Part shown: piece by piece, positions 48,892 to 59,547 of the stretch
Layout: every line of letters begins with the position of its first letter
How positions within the stretch are numbered: the stretch's first letter is position 1
Source of the DNA: Candidatus Multivoradales bacterium
Lineage (GTDB): Bacteria; Acidobacteriota; Thermoanaerobaculia; Multivoradales; J023
Direction of reading: 5' to 3'
Assembly: GCA_965248925.1 (NCBI GenBank)
Contig: CBDFLE010000006.1
Span: 3,616,001 to 3,680,000 of the forward strand
Length of the DNA stretch: 64,000 bases
The notes under the pieces: model-generated
Seen by the model: only the letters and a program-made list of their open reading frames with translations
Told to the model about the DNA's origin: nothing
Database searches by the model: none
Position numbers and translations under genes: made by a program

Positions 48892-49569
48892 TTACAGGCC
48901 GAGGACGTGACGGACTTGCCTGGTTTCTTCACCAACGTTCGGGGCCGTTGGGTGGAACCAAATATTGTCATCTTGCATTTCGAGACGGCCCCAGTCTCCA
49001 TCTAGAATCCCCCTGGCAGCATGGACGACAGTCTTGAATTCACCGAGAAGGTCTCGCAAGAGATCGCTGTCACCAACGCCAAGATGGAGGCTTAGGGTGA
49101 TCTGGGTCTTGAATGGCTCGCAGAACTTGACTCCTTCGCTTACCAAAAGGCGATCGACCCCCTGTTCGATCCAGATAGCAGGGAAGAGTCCTCGAAGATG
49201 GTCGCGTAAGACCACAGAGTATTCTTTGGCCGCTTCAAGCGAGGTTTCAATCGGCGGAGAACGCCGCTGAGAACTCTCTTCCTGCGCTTGCAGCAAGCGG
49301 AGGGTGAAGGCCGGACTTGGGAAGAGTTCTGCGGCGGGCGCCACTTCTTCCACTACGTCCGAATGAGCTTCCAGGCACTGCTCGGCAGGCGCCGCAATCT
49401 CATTCACTGATTCAGTCGAAGTCTCCATACACTGTTTTGCGGCGGACTGCTCTTGGGCCCAAGGCATTGTGTCTACCTCCTGATCCTTGCGTGGAAGATG
49501 CTGTTCCACATCAAGAGAAGCGCTTCTCACATCTCTTTCCGAGCCGGAAGAGTGGAGCTTATCATCCAT
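48892..49569 (-). CDS. Hypothetical acidic protein
   Basis: ORF upstream of and co-oriented with the phosphoesterase; contains an 18-aa internal repeat. Confidence 0.5.
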   Translation of the reverse strand: MDDKLHSSGSERDVRSASLDVEQHLPRKDQEVDTMPWAQEQSAAKQCMETSTESVNEIAAPAEQCLEAHSDVVEEVAPAAELFPSPAFTLRLLQAQEESSQRRSPPIETSLEAAKEYSVVLRDHLRGLFPAIWIEQGVDRLLVSEGVKFCEPFKTQITLSLHLGVGDSDLLRDLLGEFKTVVHAARGILDGDWGRLEMQDDNIWFHPTAPNVGEETRQVRHVLGL

Positions 49570-49735
49570 AGGCAACCCTGCAACCAAAGCCTAGCGGCAT
49601 GGCGGGCCACATAGTATAATTACATGGCCATGAATGCAAGCGCGTCGTGACTGATTCAGCGCTTCTGTTGCGTCTCTTCGGGCTATTAGGGAACACTATC
49701 ACTATCTGCTCTTGTCCCTTCTACCTGTCCGCGAC

Positions 49736-49781
49736 GGGAATTGCTGCGATCCAAAGTTGGGAATTGCTGCGATCCAAAGTT
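49736..49781. repeat. 23-bp tandem duplication GGGAATTGCTGCGATCCAAAGTT x2
   Basis: Directly visible in the sequence. Confidence 0.85.
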
Positions 49782-50069
49782 GGTGGCGGTGTCCTCGAAT
49801 TCCGGAGAGAGCGGCCGATCTAGGTCATCACCTCATTGCTGTCTATACGGGCCGGTCCTGGTTGCATCCTGTTTCTGGGACGACTTGTCGCTGTTCTGCC
49901 ACTAGCTGCCACCACTCACTAATTATTACGCAAAAACCGCGCCAACGACGTTCTTGTGGCTGGCACAGTGGGCGGACGGCGTGAGGTGAATCCTTAGCAG
50001 GAAGTTCGGAAAAGACAACTCGATACTGATTGCGGCGCTGGTCAAGAAGTCGTTATGGGGTTCTTCGAC

Positions 50070-52988
50070 CTAGAACGGATTGCCGAAAGTGATGAAGAAG
50101 GTCGGGGCGGCGTCTTCGAAGGCTTCGCGGTCGAGTTTCCAGCCGATGTCGAAGCGCAACGGGCCGATCGGCGAGCGGTAGCGTAGGCCGAGGCCGGCGC
50201 CAGGCTTGAGATCGCCAGCGTCAAAATCGCGCCAGTCGGCCCAGATGTTGCCGGTATCTAAGAACACGGTGCCACCTAGGTCGCCGGAGATGGGGAAGCG
50301 GTAGTCGAGGTTGAGCAGAAAAAGGCCGTTGCCGCCGACCTCGACTTGCTGTCCAGCACTTTCGACCAGGGTCTGACCGAGAATGCCGAGGCTGTCGCGG
50401 TCGTAGGCGCGGTGAGTGGTGCGGCCGCCGAGGAAGAAGCGCTCAGAGATCGGCACCCGGGCGCTGGCCAGAGTCGCGGGCACTAGCGGATCGGGGGTGG
50501 CGCCCCGGCCGTAGGGCTGGATTGCGCCGAGCCGCAGGCTGGTGGCGAGAATGCCGAAGCGCCGTAGTTTGAGATATTGGGTTTGCTGCCAGAAGAGCTT
50601 GAGGAACTCGGCGTTGGCGTCGAGCAGCGGAAAGGCGTACTCGAGCTGCAAGGCGGTGGACCACCCGCGGCTGGCATCGAGTGGGTCGTCGCGACGATCA
50701 ATGAACAGATTTGGGGTCAAACTAGAGATCTGGATCTCGCGGTCGGCACGGTCGATCTCGCCCAGGCTCAGGTTGTCGAAGCGTGAGTCCACCAGGCGGT
50801 ACTCGTAAGCCAGACCGAAACGGGCGCCCTGGGTGTCCTTGGTTATCGCCACCCGCACGCCGAGATCGTCGACGGTGAAAGCGTCGCGTTTTTCCCGCTG
50901 GCGAAACAAGCTGTAAGTGATCGGCAGCCGCCAGCGGCCCACTGAGGGCTGGTCGAAGAGTAGCCGGAAGCGGCTATCCACCTGATTGCCGCGAAAATCG
51001 AGCTGTAGCCGGCCGGCCTTGCCGCCGATATTGGTGCGCGACAAGCCGAGCAAGCCGCCGATGCCGTCGTCGGAGTGATAGCTCAAGCCGTAGGAAAGTC
51101 GCCAGCGACGCCCTTCTTCGAGCCGCACCAGTACGTCGCGACGGCCATCGCCGGTGTGGTCTGGACCGCGCTCGACGTCGACTCGCGAGAAGATCCCCAG
51201 GCGATAGAGATCGCGCTCGGCTTCAAGCAGGCGCCGCCGGCTGATTGGCTGGCCGGATTCCAGGGGCAAGAATCTCCGCACCACTTCCGGGCGGGTGAGT
51301 TCCAGACCGCGCAGGATGACTCGGTCGATGTTCTCTTGCCGCCCCGGAGCGATCTCGAAGGCAACATCGACCAAGGTGTTGTCGGAGTTCCAGTCGAGTT
51401 GGGTTTCGATGGTGATCTCGCGATAGCCCTCTTCTTCGTAAAGGGCACGGAGCAGGTTGAGGGACTCGTCGAGCAGGGCCCGGTGGTAGGGGCCGCCGGG
51501 TTCAAGCGGCAGCGAGGCGCGGACCTGCGAGTCGTCGAACGTTGTGCTCTCCGTGGAAGCCGTCCCGCCACCGAGGGTCAGCTCAACCAGCCGTTGGCGT
51601 GGCCCCTCGGTGATCGGGATGTGGAGTTCGAGTTGGCCGTCGCTATGCACCACCTCGGCCGGGCCGACTTTGGGTTCTGGGAAACCGTTCAGTAGGTAAT
51701 AAGAGCGGATGTTGGCTAAGTCTTCTGCCAACACCTCGTCGACCAATCGGCCGCCGCGGTGCAAGAGACCGGACGGGGTGGCGGTGTTCATCAGGGTGAG
51801 CAGGGTTATGGCGTCGGCGAATTGGTTGCCGGAGAAGCGGATCTCGCCGAGCTGCCAGGTTTCGCCGAGTGCGACCTCGATACGGCGGTGCAGCTCCACG
51901 CCGATCCGTTCCTCCGGGCAGTCGATGGTGACTTGGTGGTAGCCCTGGCGTTGGAAGTGTGACCGCAGACGGTTGCAGGTTTGAATCACCAGCGCATCGT
52001 CGTAGACCTGGTCGTCGAGGAAGGGCAGCAGGCCCTTCTTCTCCAGCTCTTGGCGCTCAGCGCCGGTGACTTCGATCACCACCCGTGGGCCGACCTCCAG
52101 GTGGTGAGTGATCGACATGCGGTCGCTGGAGGCGTCGTAGATCTCTTCCGGGGTGCCGACCTGGGCGGCCAAGCGACCTTCCGCCACCAACCAGGTGCGA
52201 AGGTCGCGAGCGTCGGCCTTTAGCTGCCGGGGATCGAATCCCTTGCCCTCCTGCAAGCGCAGGGGTTGTAGTAGTTGGGCGCGGTCAAAGGGGCCGAGGT
52301 CGCCCTCGAAATGCACTTCGCCGACCGTCATGCGCGGTCCGCTGACGACCGCGAAGGTGACATCCACGCCGCTGCCCTCGCCGATAGGCTCAACGGCCAC
52401 CCGTACTTGATGGCGGCGAAAACCCCGCTGTTCGTAGAGGTCTTGCAAGGCATAGACGCTGCGTAGCACTCGGGTATCGATCAGCGGGGTACCAGCTTTT
52501 TGTTCGATGGTGCGTTCGAGTTCGATCCGTCGCAAGCCCAGTTCTTCGCCTTCGAGCCGTACACTGCGCACCCAGGTGTGGGTTCGCACCACCACCACGG
52601 CGACCAGTCCCAAGGGCTCGTCGCGAGTCCACAGATCGGCTTCCGCTACCAACCCGGTGGTGTAGAGATTCGATAGCGTGCGGCGGATTCGCAGCGGGTC
52701 GATAGGCTCGCCGACCGCGATGGCCAGGTGCTCGCTGAGGTCGAGGGCACGTTGGGGCAAGCCGTCGACCCGCAGTTCAATGGCCACCAAAGGAGCCGTC
52801 GTAGGCGCGGTTGCCGCCAGCGGCGGAGTGAGAATTGGCAGCAAGGCCAAGCCCAAGAACAGCCAGCCAGCGGCTCGCCAGATTTGTAAGGGAGGGCTCA
52901 GAAGGTCTTCTCCCAACGGGCGTCGGCGGAGTAGCTGCCGTCGCCATTCTGAGTCAACACCAAGGTCAGACCGCGGTCTACTTGCCAT
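50070..52988 (-). CDS. Omp85/BamA-TamA family outer-membrane protein (POTRA repeats + barrel); true start uncertain
   Basis: POTRA-like repeats; ERFFLGG..RAY and GLGLRYRSPIGPLRFDIG..FGNPF C-terminus. Confidence 0.9.
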   Translation of the reverse strand: MASRPRSDLGVDSEWRRQLLRRRPLGEDLLSPPLQIWRAAGWLFLGLALLPILTPPLAATAPTTAPLVAIELRVDGLPQRALDLSEHLAIAVGEPIDPLRIRRTLSNLYTTGLVAEADLWTRDEPLGLVAVVVVRTHTWVRSVRLEGEELGLRRIELERTIEQKAGTPLIDTRVLRSVYALQDLYEQRGFRRHQVRVAVEPIGEGSGVDVTFAVVSGPRMTVGEVHFEGDLGPFDRAQLLQPLRLQEGKGFDPRQLKADARDLRTWLVAEGRLAAQVGTPEEIYDASSDRMSITHHLEVGPRVVIEVTGAERQELEKKGLLPFLDDQVYDDALVIQTCNRLRSHFQRQGYHQVTIDCPEERIGVELHRRIEVALGETWQLGEIRFSGNQFADAITLLTLMNTATPSGLLHRGGRLVDEVLAEDLANIRSYYLLNGFPEPKVGPAEVVHSDGQLELHIPITEGPRQRLVELTLGGGTASTESTTFDDSQVRASLPLEPGGPYHRALLDESLNLLRALYEEEGYREITIETQLDWNSDNTLVDVAFEIAPGRQENIDRVILRGLELTRPEVVRRFLPLESGQPISRRRLLEAERDLYRLGIFSRVDVERGPDHTGDGRRDVLVRLEEGRRWRLSYGLSYHSDDGIGGLLGLSRTNIGGKAGRLQLDFRGNQVDSRFRLLFDQPSVGRWRLPITYSLFRQREKRDAFTVDDLGVRVAITKDTQGARFGLAYEYRLVDSRFDNLSLGEIDRADREIQISSLTPNLFIDRRDDPLDASRGWSTALQLEYAFPLLDANAEFLKLFWQQTQYLKLRRFGILATSLRLGAIQPYGRGATPDPLVPATLASARVPISERFFLGGRTTHRAYDRDSLGILGQTLVESAGQQVEVGGNGLFLLNLDYRFPISGDLGGTVFLDTGNIWADWRDFDAGDLKPGAGLGLRYRSPIGPLRFDIGWKLDREAFEDAAPTFFITFGNPF

Positions 52989-55900
52989 TCCAGGCGCAAG
53001 CGCTGTTCCTCGGTCGAGGAGGGATCCACCGAGTAGGTTAAGAAGAGGTCTTCAGCCACTCTCTTGCCGACCGTCACTCGGGCGCGGGAGATCGAGTCGC
53101 CGCTCTCGGTCAGCGGATCGATGCGGAACTTGTCGAAGCCGAACAGATTCGATACCCGGTTGCCGATCACCGAGGCGGCTTGGCCATAGAGGAAGCTGGC
53201 GGCGGCCAAGCTCTGCTCGCCCCGTTCCTCGTTTTGGCGCACGGCGCGGGCGGTGAGTTCTTGCTCATCGCCGGTCGAGAGAATTCGGAATAGCTCGGTA
53301 CTGGGCAGCGGCGGTTCTGAAGAGAAGCGTGTTTCGGGCCGATCCAAGGGACCCGAGATTGCCAAGGTAATGTCGTGGTTACGGACTCGGGTAACCGCTT
53401 CCAAGTCGATCTCGGGCTCGATGGAATAAGGGTTGGTGAAGGTTAGTTTGCAGCGCCGCACCTCGTAGTCGGTGCTGAGGTAGCGCAATTGGCCGCCAGG
53501 ATCGATGTCGACATCGCCGTAGATCACCGGCCGGGCGGCGGTGCCACGCAACACCAAATCGGCGCTGCCGGTGAGTTCGGCCAGATTGTTGTGCATCGCG
53601 ACCGCGCCGAGGCCGTCAATGTCGATATTGAGGTGGATCGACGACAGGAGTTCGTCCGATTCTTCGACCTCTAGCCGTTGTCTTTGGAAAAAGCCGCGCA
53701 GTAGGTCGTCAAAGCCCACCGGCAGATCTGGCAGGTACTCAATCAGCTCAAGCTGGGCACTGCCGCCGAGGCTCATTGCTTGCAGATCGTCGTCGCCCGC
53801 TTCGGCATAGGGGCGCAGGTCGAGGTCGGCGTCGCCGACCAAGGCGAATCCCTCCGGATAGCGCAGCCGGAGGTCGCGGCCGACGAGCTGCAGCTGGTAG
53901 TCGAGCGGCTGGTGCTCTTGCGGCAGCTCGAACCTTCCCTCGACCGAGACCTGGCCCCCAGCGAGGCGCGCTTTGAGCTGATCGATCACCACCCGGTGAG
54001 GGTAGAAGAGCAGCACTCCGGACATGCCGTCGACGGTGTGCGGAAATTCCTTGGGCAACATCATCGTCGCCTGGCTGACCTCGCCCTGGCCGTCCAACCA
54101 AGGAGAGGCCAAAGTGCCGCCAATCTTGCCCAGCAGGTCGAAGTAGCCATCGAGTTCGAGGTCGGGGTAGAGCAGCCGCAGCCAACTGGTCGAGAGCGAG
54201 CTTTGCAGACGCAGATCGAGGGGCGCGCCGGAAGCAAAGCCGATATCGCCAGAGAGGAAAAAATCGCTGGCGGTTGCGTCTTCGCTGACGAAGAACGACT
54301 CGATGCGTGCTCGGTCTTGGCTTAGGTGGACGACGATCGGTTCCAGGTTGTGTAGCTGGCGGCCGCGCAGGGCGATGTCTAGTGAGTCGAATTCCAAGGT
54401 GATATCGGGCTGCTGCCGGTGCTCCAGGTTGCCGGCGATCAACAGCTGACCGCGAAACGAGCCACCGAGAGTCTCGGGCGGTCGTTCGAGCAGCAGATCG
54501 AGCAGGCCACGCAGGTTGGGACCCACCAAATCGATGGCCAGGTTGGCGCGCTGCTTGTCGAGTCGGCCGCCGCCTTCGATGGTAATTAGATCGAGTAGAC
54601 GGCCGCTGGCCTGCAACTGGTCACCCGCCCAGCTCAGCTGTAGCCGGGAAGCTCCTGCGGCGAGTGCTTGGCCGCCCAAGAAGATCTTTGGCAGCTCGGC
54701 GAGCAGTTGGATTTCTGGGCTTTCCAAGGTGCCGCCTAGATTGGCGTCGAGACTGATTCGGGCGCGCATATCCGGGCGCGGGAGGAAGCCCTTCAAAGGG
54801 GCTTCGCCGATTTCCAGACCGGGACTGCTGAAATGCAGGTTCAGGGTGCCGTCTTGCCAGCCAAAAGTGCCGCCGCCGGCCAGCCGGCCACTGCGGGAGC
54901 GGATTTCGAGATGATCGATGCGCAGTTCTTGCGCGTCCCAGCTCAGCCGAGTTTCCACCTGCTCGACGTCGATCACCGTGTCCGGATTGGCCACCAGATG
55001 AGCAGGGTCGAGGGTGGCGCGGAGGGTGCCCGAAGTGGCCTCCGCATCGATTTCCAGATCGAGCCGGCCGCTGACCCGGCCGTCGAGCGGCAGGTCGAAA
55101 GACAACCATGGGCGAATGGTCTCCAGGGTGCAGCCAACGGCGTCGAAAGACAGCAGTGTACTCTCCCCGCTCTGCTCGTAGTCAAACGGCACCCGACCTT
55201 TGATCAACAAGGCTTCTCGACCGCTGCTGATCTCCAGCTGCAAGCCGTTTATGGAGTTTTCGCTGATTTCGAAGGAGCCGTTGACCACGTCCCCACTCAG
55301 GCCGGGGGTGCGTACTCGCGACAGCTTCATCCGCACTTCGCTGTGGCTGTCCTGGGGAGAGAGGTAAAAGGTGCCTGCCAGTTCTCCCTCGCCCGAGTGC
55401 GGTAGCCACAGCTGCGGCGTGCTGAGCTGCTCGTCGCTGAGCGGCAGGAGGGCAGCCAGCTCACCGAGATCGGCGGTGGCCAACTGGTAGTCCCACTGGC
55501 CGTTTTTTTGCCGCAAGTCATACCAACCATCGATCAGGCCGTTCTGATTGCCGGCGGCCAGCCGCACTGGGTCGGTGCGCACCACCCCGCGTTCGATAGA
55601 GATCGGTACGGTGCCGCTGAGCAGCAGGCCGGCGGCTTGCGGATCCGGCCGTAGTTCGAGTTCCCCACCGCCCTTGCCGAGGTCGCCCTGTTGGCGCGGG
55701 AAGCGATAGCGCAAGGCGCCGCTAGCGCGCGCCGCCAGGCCATCGACGGGAATCTTCTGGTCGGCCAACAAAGTGTCGAGGCCGACATCCTTGATCGCCA
55801 AATCGATGGTGATCGGTTCGCCGGGCTCAGAGCGCTCGAAGGCAACGTTGCCGCTCAACTGGCCGCCGCCATAGCTGGCGCTGTTGATCACCAACTGCAA

Positions 55901-56962
55901 TCCGTAGCGGTCGGCCACCAGGGTGCCGCTGGCGTTGTCGATCTGGCGATCCCAGAGGGTCAAGCGCGGCGAGCTCACCTGGCTACGCCAGCCGTAGGTC
56001 AGCGGCCGCCAGTGAAAGCTGCCATCGATCTTCAGCTCACCCTCCAAATCGGTGAAATAACCCAGCTCGGCGAGGGCGCGGCCGCGGGTGTTGGCGCGGG
56101 TCTGGAAATAACACTTTTTGTCGTCACTCTGCCGCGTCCACTGGCAGAAGCCGTCGCCGGTAGCGTCGAAATCCGTGCTTGAGACTGCCGCCTTGAGGAT
56201 GTCCAAGCGGCCCCGGCCGAGTTCGCCCTCGGCGACAAAGTCGAGTACTTGGGGGGCCGCCGCGTTGGGCAATCGTAGGGTGACGTTCTGTCCCGACAAA
56301 CTACCGGTCAGGCGCATCTCCCCGAGCCCTTGCAGCTGGCCGTGGAGATCGTCGGCGCTGATTGACAGCCGCACCGATTCTTGATCCAGGGCGAACTCGG
56401 CGCGGTCGATTTCGATGTGGTCGATAAACAGGTCGAAGCGCCGTTGGTGCTGGCGGCGATGCCGCAGGTCGAGCAGGTTGTGGCTACCGTCGGGCAGGAA
56501 GTGCAGGAATACCCTGGGTCGTTCGACCTTGATCTGCCGCAGGTGAATGCGCTGTTGCGGCAGCGACGATATGTCAGCCTCGACATAGGCCCAGGGGACT
56601 TCCAAGAAGGCGGCGTCGCCGTTTTCAGGGCCGGCCACCGCCAGGCCCCAGATCTCGAGCGAGAAAGGCAACAGCTCAAAAGAAATATCGTCGATCACCA
56701 CGGGTCGGTCGAGGTAGACCTCGAGCCGTTGGGTGATCAGTTTGCGCCCCCAATCGCGGGCCCGGCGGGTGTCGAGGAAGAGTTGCAGCACGAAGAGCAG
56801 CACTACCGCCGCCGCCAAGCTCCACAGCAAAGGTCGGAGAATCCAGCGCCGAAAACGTCCAGGGCGCCAGCGTGGTGGTCGGCTGGCACTCGCTTGCTCG
56901 CTGGCGCTAGATTCGTCGGCATTCACCTCAGCCACCCCAGCCGAGCTTCTGCCGCAAGGCAT
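52898..56962 (-). CDS. TamB/DUF490 family protein
   Basis: N-terminal TM, long beta-rich body, C-terminal ARVTVGKRVAEDLFLTYS..; adjacent to the Omp85 gene. Confidence 0.85.
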   Translation of the reverse strand: MPCGRSSAGVAEVNADESSASEQASASRPPRWRPGRFRRWILRPLLWSLAAAVVLLFVLQLFLDTRRARDWGRKLITQRLEVYLDRPVVIDDISFELLPFSLEIWGLAVAGPENGDAAFLEVPWAYVEADISSLPQQRIHLRQIKVERPRVFLHFLPDGSHNLLDLRHRRQHQRRFDLFIDHIEIDRAEFALDQESVRLSISADDLHGQLQGLGEMRLTGSLSGQNVTLRLPNAAAPQVLDFVAEGELGRGRLDILKAAVSSTDFDATGDGFCQWTRQSDDKKCYFQTRANTRGRALAELGYFTDLEGELKIDGSFHWRPLTYGWRSQVSSPRLTLWDRQIDNASGTLVADRYGLQLVINSASYGGGQLSGNVAFERSEPGEPITIDLAIKDVGLDTLLADQKIPVDGLAARASGALRYRFPRQQGDLGKGGGELELRPDPQAAGLLLSGTVPISIERGVVRTDPVRLAAGNQNGLIDGWYDLRQKNGQWDYQLATADLGELAALLPLSDEQLSTPQLWLPHSGEGELAGTFYLSPQDSHSEVRMKLSRVRTPGLSGDVVNGSFEISENSINGLQLEISSGREALLIKGRVPFDYEQSGESTLLSFDAVGCTLETIRPWLSFDLPLDGRVSGRLDLEIDAEATSGTLRATLDPAHLVANPDTVIDVEQVETRLSWDAQELRIDHLEIRSRSGRLAGGGTFGWQDGTLNLHFSSPGLEIGEAPLKGFLPRPDMRARISLDANLGGTLESPEIQLLAELPKIFLGGQALAAGASRLQLSWAGDQLQASGRLLDLITIEGGGRLDKQRANLAIDLVGPNLRGLLDLLLERPPETLGGSFRGQLLIAGNLEHRQQPDITLEFDSLDIALRGRQLHNLEPIVVHLSQDRARIESFFVSEDATASDFFLSGDIGFASGAPLDLRLQSSLSTSWLRLLYPDLELDGYFDLLGKIGGTLASPWLDGQGEVSQATMMLPKEFPHTVDGMSGVLLFYPHRVVIDQLKARLAGGQVSVEGRFELPQEHQPLDYQLQLVGRDLRLRYPEGFALVGDADLDLRPYAEAGDDDLQAMSLGGSAQLELIEYLPDLPVGFDDLLRGFFQRQRLEVEESDELLSSIHLNIDIDGLGAVAMHNNLAELTGSADLVLRGTAARPVIYGDVDIDPGGQLRYLSTDYEVRRCKLTFTNPYSIEPEIDLEAVTRVRNHDITLAISGPLDRPETRFSSEPPLPSTELFRILSTGDEQELTARAVRQNEERGEQSLAAASFLYGQAASVIGNRVSNLFGFDKFRIDPLTESGDSISRARVTVGKRVAEDLFLTYSVDPSSTEEQRLRLEWQVDRGLTLVLTQNGDGSYSADARWEKTF

Positions 56963-57797
56963 CGTAGAAGGTGCGGTCGTTCAGCCGTACCAGTCGCACC
57001 GGCGCCGCACTGCGCTTCACCCGCACCACATGGCGATGGCCGATGCTGCTGCCCTCCTGGCCATCGACCGACAGGTAGACCTCCTCACCTTGGGTTTCCA
57101 GCGTCACTTCGATGATTTCAGAGTCCGGCACGACGATCGGCCGCAGTGACAGAGTGTGAGGGCAGATCGGTGTTAGGACGGCGACCGGTAACTGGGGGTA
57201 GATGATCGGTCCGCCGGCCGACAAGTTGTAGGCGGTCGAACCGTTAGGCGTCGAGATGATCAGGCCGTCGGCACGGTAGCGCGCCACCTGACTGCCACCT
57301 ACCCGCACGGTCAGTTCGATGATGCTGGCCAGCGCTGCTTTCGACAATACCGCGTCGTTGAAAGCTCTGTAGCGGGCCACGTTGCCGCCGGGTCGGCAGA
57401 GTTCGACGTCGAATAAAGAGCGTTCTTCGAAGTGGAATTCGCCTTTCAGCACCTGCACCAGGCTGGGGTAAAGCTCAGGCCGAGAAACTTCGGTGAGAAA
57501 GCCCAGCCGGCCCAGGTTGACCCCCAGCAGCGGTACTCCGGCGGCCACGGATCTGGCGACGCCGAGGAGGGTGCCGTCGCCCCCCAGAACCACGACCAGA
57601 TCGTAAGGATGGTTCGCTTGGATGGGGCTGATTCCGGCGCTGCCACAAGACCGCAGACTGGCCTCGTCGAGAGCGATCTCAATGCCGCGGCGTCGCAGCC
57701 AGTCGGCCACTTCGGAGGCGGTTCGTACCGCATCTCGGCTCTCAGTGCGGGCGACAACGGCAGCCTGTCGGATTTTATGCACGGACATCGTCTCCAC
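56928..57797 (-). CDS. nadK: NAD kinase
   Basis: LGGDGTLL, GVNLGRLGFL and DGLIISTPNGSTAYNLSAGGP. Confidence 0.96.
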   Translation of the reverse strand: METMSVHKIRQAAVVARTESRDAVRTASEVADWLRRRGIEIALDEASLRSCGSAGISPIQANHPYDLVVVLGGDGTLLGVARSVAAGVPLLGVNLGRLGFLTEVSRPELYPSLVQVLKGEFHFEERSLFDVELCRPGGNVARYRAFNDAVLSKAALASIIELTVRVGGSQVARYRADGLIISTPNGSTAYNLSAGGPIIYPQLPVAVLTPICPHTLSLRPIVVPDSEIIEVTLETQGEEVYLSVDGQEGSSIGHRHVVRVKRSAAPVRLVRLNDRTFYDALRQKLGWGG

Positions 57798-58566
57798 TGG
57801 GTGACGGGCTCATTCGGCTTTCTTGGCCGATGCGGCGCAGCAGGGTAAAGGCTTCGCGATTGCCGCCAACCCCGGTGACCGGCGAATCGAAGACTCCCGC
57901 CGATTCCAGGCCGAGGGCACAGAGTTCTTCCACCCGGCGGTCGATCACCTGGCGGCGCAGCTGCGGGTCACGGACGATGCCTCCTTTGCCGACCTGGCCT
58001 CGGCCGGCTTCGAATTGGGGCTTGATCATCGGTAGCAGAAGGCCGTCCGCGGTCAAATGTGCAAGCAAGGCCGGTACCACCTTGGTAAGGGAGATGAAAG
58101 AAACGTCGATGGTGATCAAGCTACAGCGCTCGGGGAGGGCCTCGGCCTCGAGGTAGCGGGCGTTGATCCGCTCCATGGCCACCACCCGGGGGTCGTTGCG
58201 CAGGCGGTAGTCGAGTTGGCCGTAGCCAACATCGAGGGCATAGATCCGCCGGGCGCCCCGCTGTAGAAGGCAGTCGGTAAAACCGCCGGTCGAGGCACCG
58301 ATATCCAGGCAAATCCGTCCGCTCGGGTCGATGGCGAAGTGGTCGAGGGCGTGGGCCAACTTGCGGCCTGCGCGGGAGACGTAGGGCTCGCGCACCGCGG
58401 TGACTCGGAGTTCTGCCCGTTCCGCAATCGCCGTGCCGGGTTTGTCCATCCGCTGGCCGTCGACCTCCACCACCCCGGCCATTACCGCCCGACGGGCCTT
58501 CTCGCGGCTGCCAAAAAGGCCGCGCTGGAAGAGCAGTTGATCGAGGCGCACGGTGCTTCGCCTCAA
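57775..58566 (-). CDS. tlyA: TlyA family rRNA 2'-O-methyltransferase
   Basis: S4 domain; YVSRAGRKL, LDIGASTGGFTDCLLQRGA, DVSFISL and KPQFE. Confidence 0.95.
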   Translation of the reverse strand: MRRSTVRLDQLLFQRGLFGSREKARRAVMAGVVEVDGQRMDKPGTAIAERAELRVTAVREPYVSRAGRKLAHALDHFAIDPSGRICLDIGASTGGFTDCLLQRGARRIYALDVGYGQLDYRLRNDPRVVAMERINARYLEAEALPERCSLITIDVSFISLTKVVPALLAHLTADGLLLPMIKPQFEAGRGQVGKGGIVRDPQLRRQVIDRRVEELCALGLESAGVFDSPVTGVGGNREAFTLLRRIGQESRMSPSPSGDDVRA

Positions 58567-58588
58567 CTCACCGCGGCGAGAGACAGAA

Positions 58589-59527
58589 TCAACGGTCGCG
58601 GGTCGAAAGGTAGGAGATCAGTGATGGGAACAGCCCTCCTTGCGCCGGCAGATCTCGCGCCAATTCTAGTGCTTGATCGCGGGTTCGCCGCAGCAGGCGC
58701 TTGCTTTTCTCAAGGCCGTGGAGTCCCGGATAGGTCAGCTTACGGGCCGCTGCGTCCTTGCCGGCGGTTTTTCCCAAGGTCTCGTCAGTGCCCTCGATGT
58801 CGAGTATATCATCGGCAATCTGGAACATCAGGCCGAGCAGATCTCCCAGCTGGCCTAGCTCGTTGGCCTGCCGCCCCTCGGCGCCGGCGTAGATACCGGC
58901 CAGATCGATGCACACTCGTAGCAGGGCGCCGGTTTTCCGCCGGTGGATTGCCTCCAGCATCGCCGGTGGGTCGTCGGGCCATTGGCGCTCGGCCAGCAGG
59001 TCGTCCACTTGGCCGCCGATCATCCCCGTGCTGCCGATCACCCGTCCCACCTCGGCGGTGGCCCGACGTCGCCGTTCGCTGCCGAGGTCGGCGGGTTCGG
59101 CGGCCAGGGTTTGCAGGCCCAGAGTCAGCAGAGAGTCGCCCACCAAGATTGCCGTGGCTTCGTCCCAGCGCCGGTGGACGGTCGCGCGGCCGCGGCGCAG
59201 GTCGTCGTCGTCCAGTGCTGGCAGGTCGTCGTGGACCAGGCTGTAGGTGTGGATCATCTCCAGAGCGGCGGCGCCGGGCAGTGCTAGTCGAGGTTCGACC
59301 CCAAGGGTGTCGGCGGTCAGCATGACCAGCGCCGGGCGCACCCGCTTGCCGCCAGCGAAAACAGCGTAGCGCATAGCTTGGTGGAGCAGCGCAGGCGAGC
59401 AGTCGGTAGCTGGCAAGAGGCGGTCGAGTTCAGCTTCCACCGCTGGACGCAGGGTTTTTAAGTAGGCGCTAAAGGTGGCGCCGCTGTTGCTCGCCGGCTT
59501 TGGCTGGTGGGTGTCGGTGCTCATCAC
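58589..59527 (-). CDS. ispA: Farnesyl-diphosphate synthase (polyprenyl synthetase)
   Basis: GGKRVRP, HDDLPALDDDDLRRG and FQIADDILD..GKTAGKD. Confidence 0.94.
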   Translation of the reverse strand: MMSTDTHQPKPASNSGATFSAYLKTLRPAVEAELDRLLPATDCSPALLHQAMRYAVFAGGKRVRPALVMLTADTLGVEPRLALPGAAALEMIHTYSLVHDDLPALDDDDLRRGRATVHRRWDEATAILVGDSLLTLGLQTLAAEPADLGSERRRRATAEVGRVIGSTGMIGGQVDDLLAERQWPDDPPAMLEAIHRRKTGALLRVCIDLAGIYAGAEGRQANELGQLGDLLGLMFQIADDILDIEGTDETLGKTAGKDAAARKLTYPGLHGLEKSKRLLRRTRDQALELARDLPAQGGLFPSLISYLSTRDR

Positions 59528-59547
59528 AGGTTCATCTCGGTGGTTCT

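Noticed and set aside
57775-59527. dxs/xseB missing from the ispA-tlyA-nadK cluster
   Set aside because: Common gene-order variation; uninformative from one window.
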